A stretch of 64,000 nucleotides of DNA from Naegleria gruberi. Its lineage: Eukaryota. Of the stretch, positions 62,203 to 64,000 are shown piece after piece. A program made the translations under genes and the position numbers. The stretch's first letter is position 1, and every line of letters starts with the position of its first letter. The DNA lies in NCBI GenBank assembly GCA_000004985.1, contig GG738890.1; one strand, 5' to 3'. Under the pieces are notes generated by a model. That model did not search any database and had not been told where the DNA came from. It was given only the letters and a program-made list of their open reading frames with translations.

Positions 62203-64000
62203 CTTGGTGGGTTGTCGTCTTGGCAAGTTTGTAACTCAGTGGGAGAGTTACAACTTCAACCCATTCATAGTGGATTGGATTCGGAATGGAGTTCCAATCT
62301 ACTCAAATCCCACCCTTTGGAAAGAATTCAAGCAAAGGAAGAATTTCTCTCCAAAGGAGACCTCTTGGATGGATCAAGAAATCCAAGAGATGTTGAGTTC
62401 CAATGTCATCGAACTTGGAAACAAATCTACGGTACTCAATCCAATAAACATTGTCCCCAAGAAGGGCTCAGATCAGTTTCGTTTTATTCTGGATCTCAGG
62501 AAAGTAAACTTGGGGATCAAGGATACTTCGTTCAAGATGGACAACATTCAAAAATGTTTGAAGTTTGTTCAGAAAGGAATGTGGGCAACAAAGATAGACC
62601 TGAAGAAAGGCTATTTTCATGTTCCCATCAGAGAGAGTCATCGACACCTTCTGGGATTCAAGTACAAGAGCCTTGTATACCAATTCAAATGCCTTCCATT
62701 TGGTCTAAGTCAAGCTCCCAGAAACTTCACCAAGATAATGAAGGAACTAATGACCAAGTGGAGAAAGCAGGGCATCTTGGTATTCATTTACATCGACGAT
62801 ATATTGATTCTAAGCAACCACAAGGAAACTACCCAACAACACACAGACATAATCTTGAAAGACCTAGAAACATTAGGATGGATTATACAGAAGGAGAAAA
62901 GTGTGTTGACACCTTGTCAATGCATAGAATTTCTGGGTCTGGAATTGGATTTAATATCAGGTTTGGTAAAAATTCCACTCAACAAACAAGCCACTGCGAT
63001 AAAACTGATCCAAGACTTCTTGTCAGCGAACCAACTGAACAGATATGTAGCTTGCAAGAAAGTGGCTCAGTTTCTTGGGAAGATGGAATTTCTAACCCTA
63101 TCAAACCATTATTTTGCACCATTTCTGGCTCGTCTTCGAAAGGATATGGTGAAAGTAGTAAACGACAAATCCTGGCACGCATCGATGAGAATATTCAGAG
63201 GTGCAACCAAAGACCTCAAGATATTGAAAACTCTGATTCAGGAAAACAGTGGAGTTCCATTCGAACTGAACTCAATGAACCCGATTCGAGTGAATTCAGA
63301 TGCTTGCCCAACAGGTTATGGAATTCACGCAGAATCAACCATTACAATTGGAAGATTCAATTCCTCAGAGCACATCAATGTCAAAGAGTTAAAAACACTC
63401 CTCATTTTCTTCACACAAGCAGATCAATTAAACCTTTATGGTCCTGGTCAGGCATTCGAGATAAGAGGCGACAATGTAACAGCAATATCTTATATAAGGA
63501 GAGGTTACGGAGTCATCGAAGAACTCTCACAAATAGCCAGAGATCTCTACAAAATTCTAATGAGAAGAAAATGGTGGATTTCCAAAGTGATTTATATTCC
63601 CTCAAAGGAAAACATTTTGGCGGACAGACTGAGTCGTCTAACAGAATGGAAATCCTCTCAAGAACTATTGAATCTAGTTCAGACAGAATTTGGAGAACAC
63701 CACGTGGACAGATTCGCAACATTGGAATCAACCACAACAATTCAATTCAATTCATGGATAGAGAACGACACATTTCTGAACCCATGGGAACAAAATCTGA
63801 TGAGCTATTGTGCTCCTCCTCTGGGTCTGATATCTCAAGCTCTAGTTCACTGCATCAAGTCAGGAGCCAAAGCGACATTTGTGGTTCCAGATTGGCCCTC
63901 TTCGATATGGTTTCCAGTCTTGCTAAAGATATCAGAAAGAATGATAACTGTTTCGAGAAAGATGCTTATAATAACGCCCTTATCAGAGTTGCAAGACAAG
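62069..64000 (+). CDS. retroelement pol ORF (RT / RNase H / MT-like domain), +1 frame relative to gag, 3' partial
   Basis: The frame opens after the TGA at 62066..62068. It overlaps the gag frame by about 134 nt and runs without a stop to the end of the window. It is not listed in the ORF track because it has no stop inside the window. The first in-frame ATG is near 62360 (SWMDQEIQEM). The RT box C YIDD is at about 62789..62800. Confidence 0.8.

Larger units (their letters stand above)
61201..64000 (+). mobile_element. DIRS-like (tyrosine-recombinase type) retrotransposon, 5' portion; truncated by window end
   Basis: A gag-like ORF is followed directly, with no protease, by a pol ORF. Pol has an RT (KKGYFHVPI, FIYIDDILIL box C), RNase H (VNSDACPTGYG...IYIPSKENILADRLSR) and the DIRS/Ngaro-specific post-RNase-H methyltransferase-like block DRFATLESTTTIQFNSWIENDTFLNPWEQNLMSYCAPPLGLISQALVHCIKSGAKATFVVPDWPSSIWFPVL. 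Local GC is clearly higher than in the flanking host genes. The 5' boundary lies somewhere in 60163..61200 and could not be fixed. Confidence 0.8.

Noticed and set aside
1-64000. Prokaryotic-type features (operons, CRISPR arrays, RBS/terminator pairs, defence islands)
   Set aside because: The window is unambiguously eukaryotic. It has spliceosomal introns with GTAAGT donors and genes for kinesins, Arp1, cyclin, importin, TOM40, AAR2 and F-box proteins. No direct-repeat/spacer array or prokaryote-like gene was seen on either strand.

Overview
This window is eukaryotic nuclear DNA, not prokaryotic. It is AT-rich (roughly one-third GC) and uses the standard genetic code; genes end in TAA/TAG/TGA. 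It is densely packed with protein-coding genes, about 37 on both strands. They are interrupted by very short spliceosomal introns (about 40-80 nt, GTAAGT/GTACGT ... (T)AG); I resolved several exon-intron structures by hand. A Ras protein nearly identical to Dictyostelium RasG/RasD, together with Q/N/S-rich low-complexity proteins, an expanded set of F-box proteins and a DIRS-type retroelement, points to a dictyostelid-like amoebozoan. GC is visibly higher than in D. discoideum itself.

Recognisable housekeeping genes are two kinesins, Arp1/centractin, dolichyldiphosphatase, a Ras GTPase, a Rab GTPase, PP4 catalytic subunit, B-type cyclin, ATAD1/Msp1 AAA-ATPase, an MFS transporter, TMEM120, AAR2, a Zn2Cys6 transcription factor, PTRHD1, Rpp29/POP4, importin-7/8 and TOM40. 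I found no rRNA, tRNA or CRISPR. The ORF track sometimes starts ORFs at TTG/GTG (translated as M), so several true starts lie downstream at the first ATG.

The less ordinary features, from the 3' end backwards:
- Positions 61.2-64.0 kb hold a GC-richer fragment of a DIRS-like tyrosine-recombinase retrotransposon. It has a gag-like ORF and a +1-frame RT/RNase H/methyltransferase-like pol ORF. A second 600-codon frame with no stops runs alongside pol, contiguous with gag after a single TGA.
- Two tandem F-box-like genes at 57.8-60.2 kb each carry a degenerate Ras-like pseudoGTPase domain.
- A signal-peptide-bearing polycationic tandem-repeat protein lies at 34.3-34.7 kb.
- A thioredoxin-fold CxxC domain is fused to an RGS domain at 43.7-45.4 kb.
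- A DEP domain is fused to an AIF/FSP1-like oxidoreductase at 21.7-23.4 kb.
- The Ras gene contains a 4-nt microexon.

All coordinates from hand splicing should be treated as approximate (a few nt).
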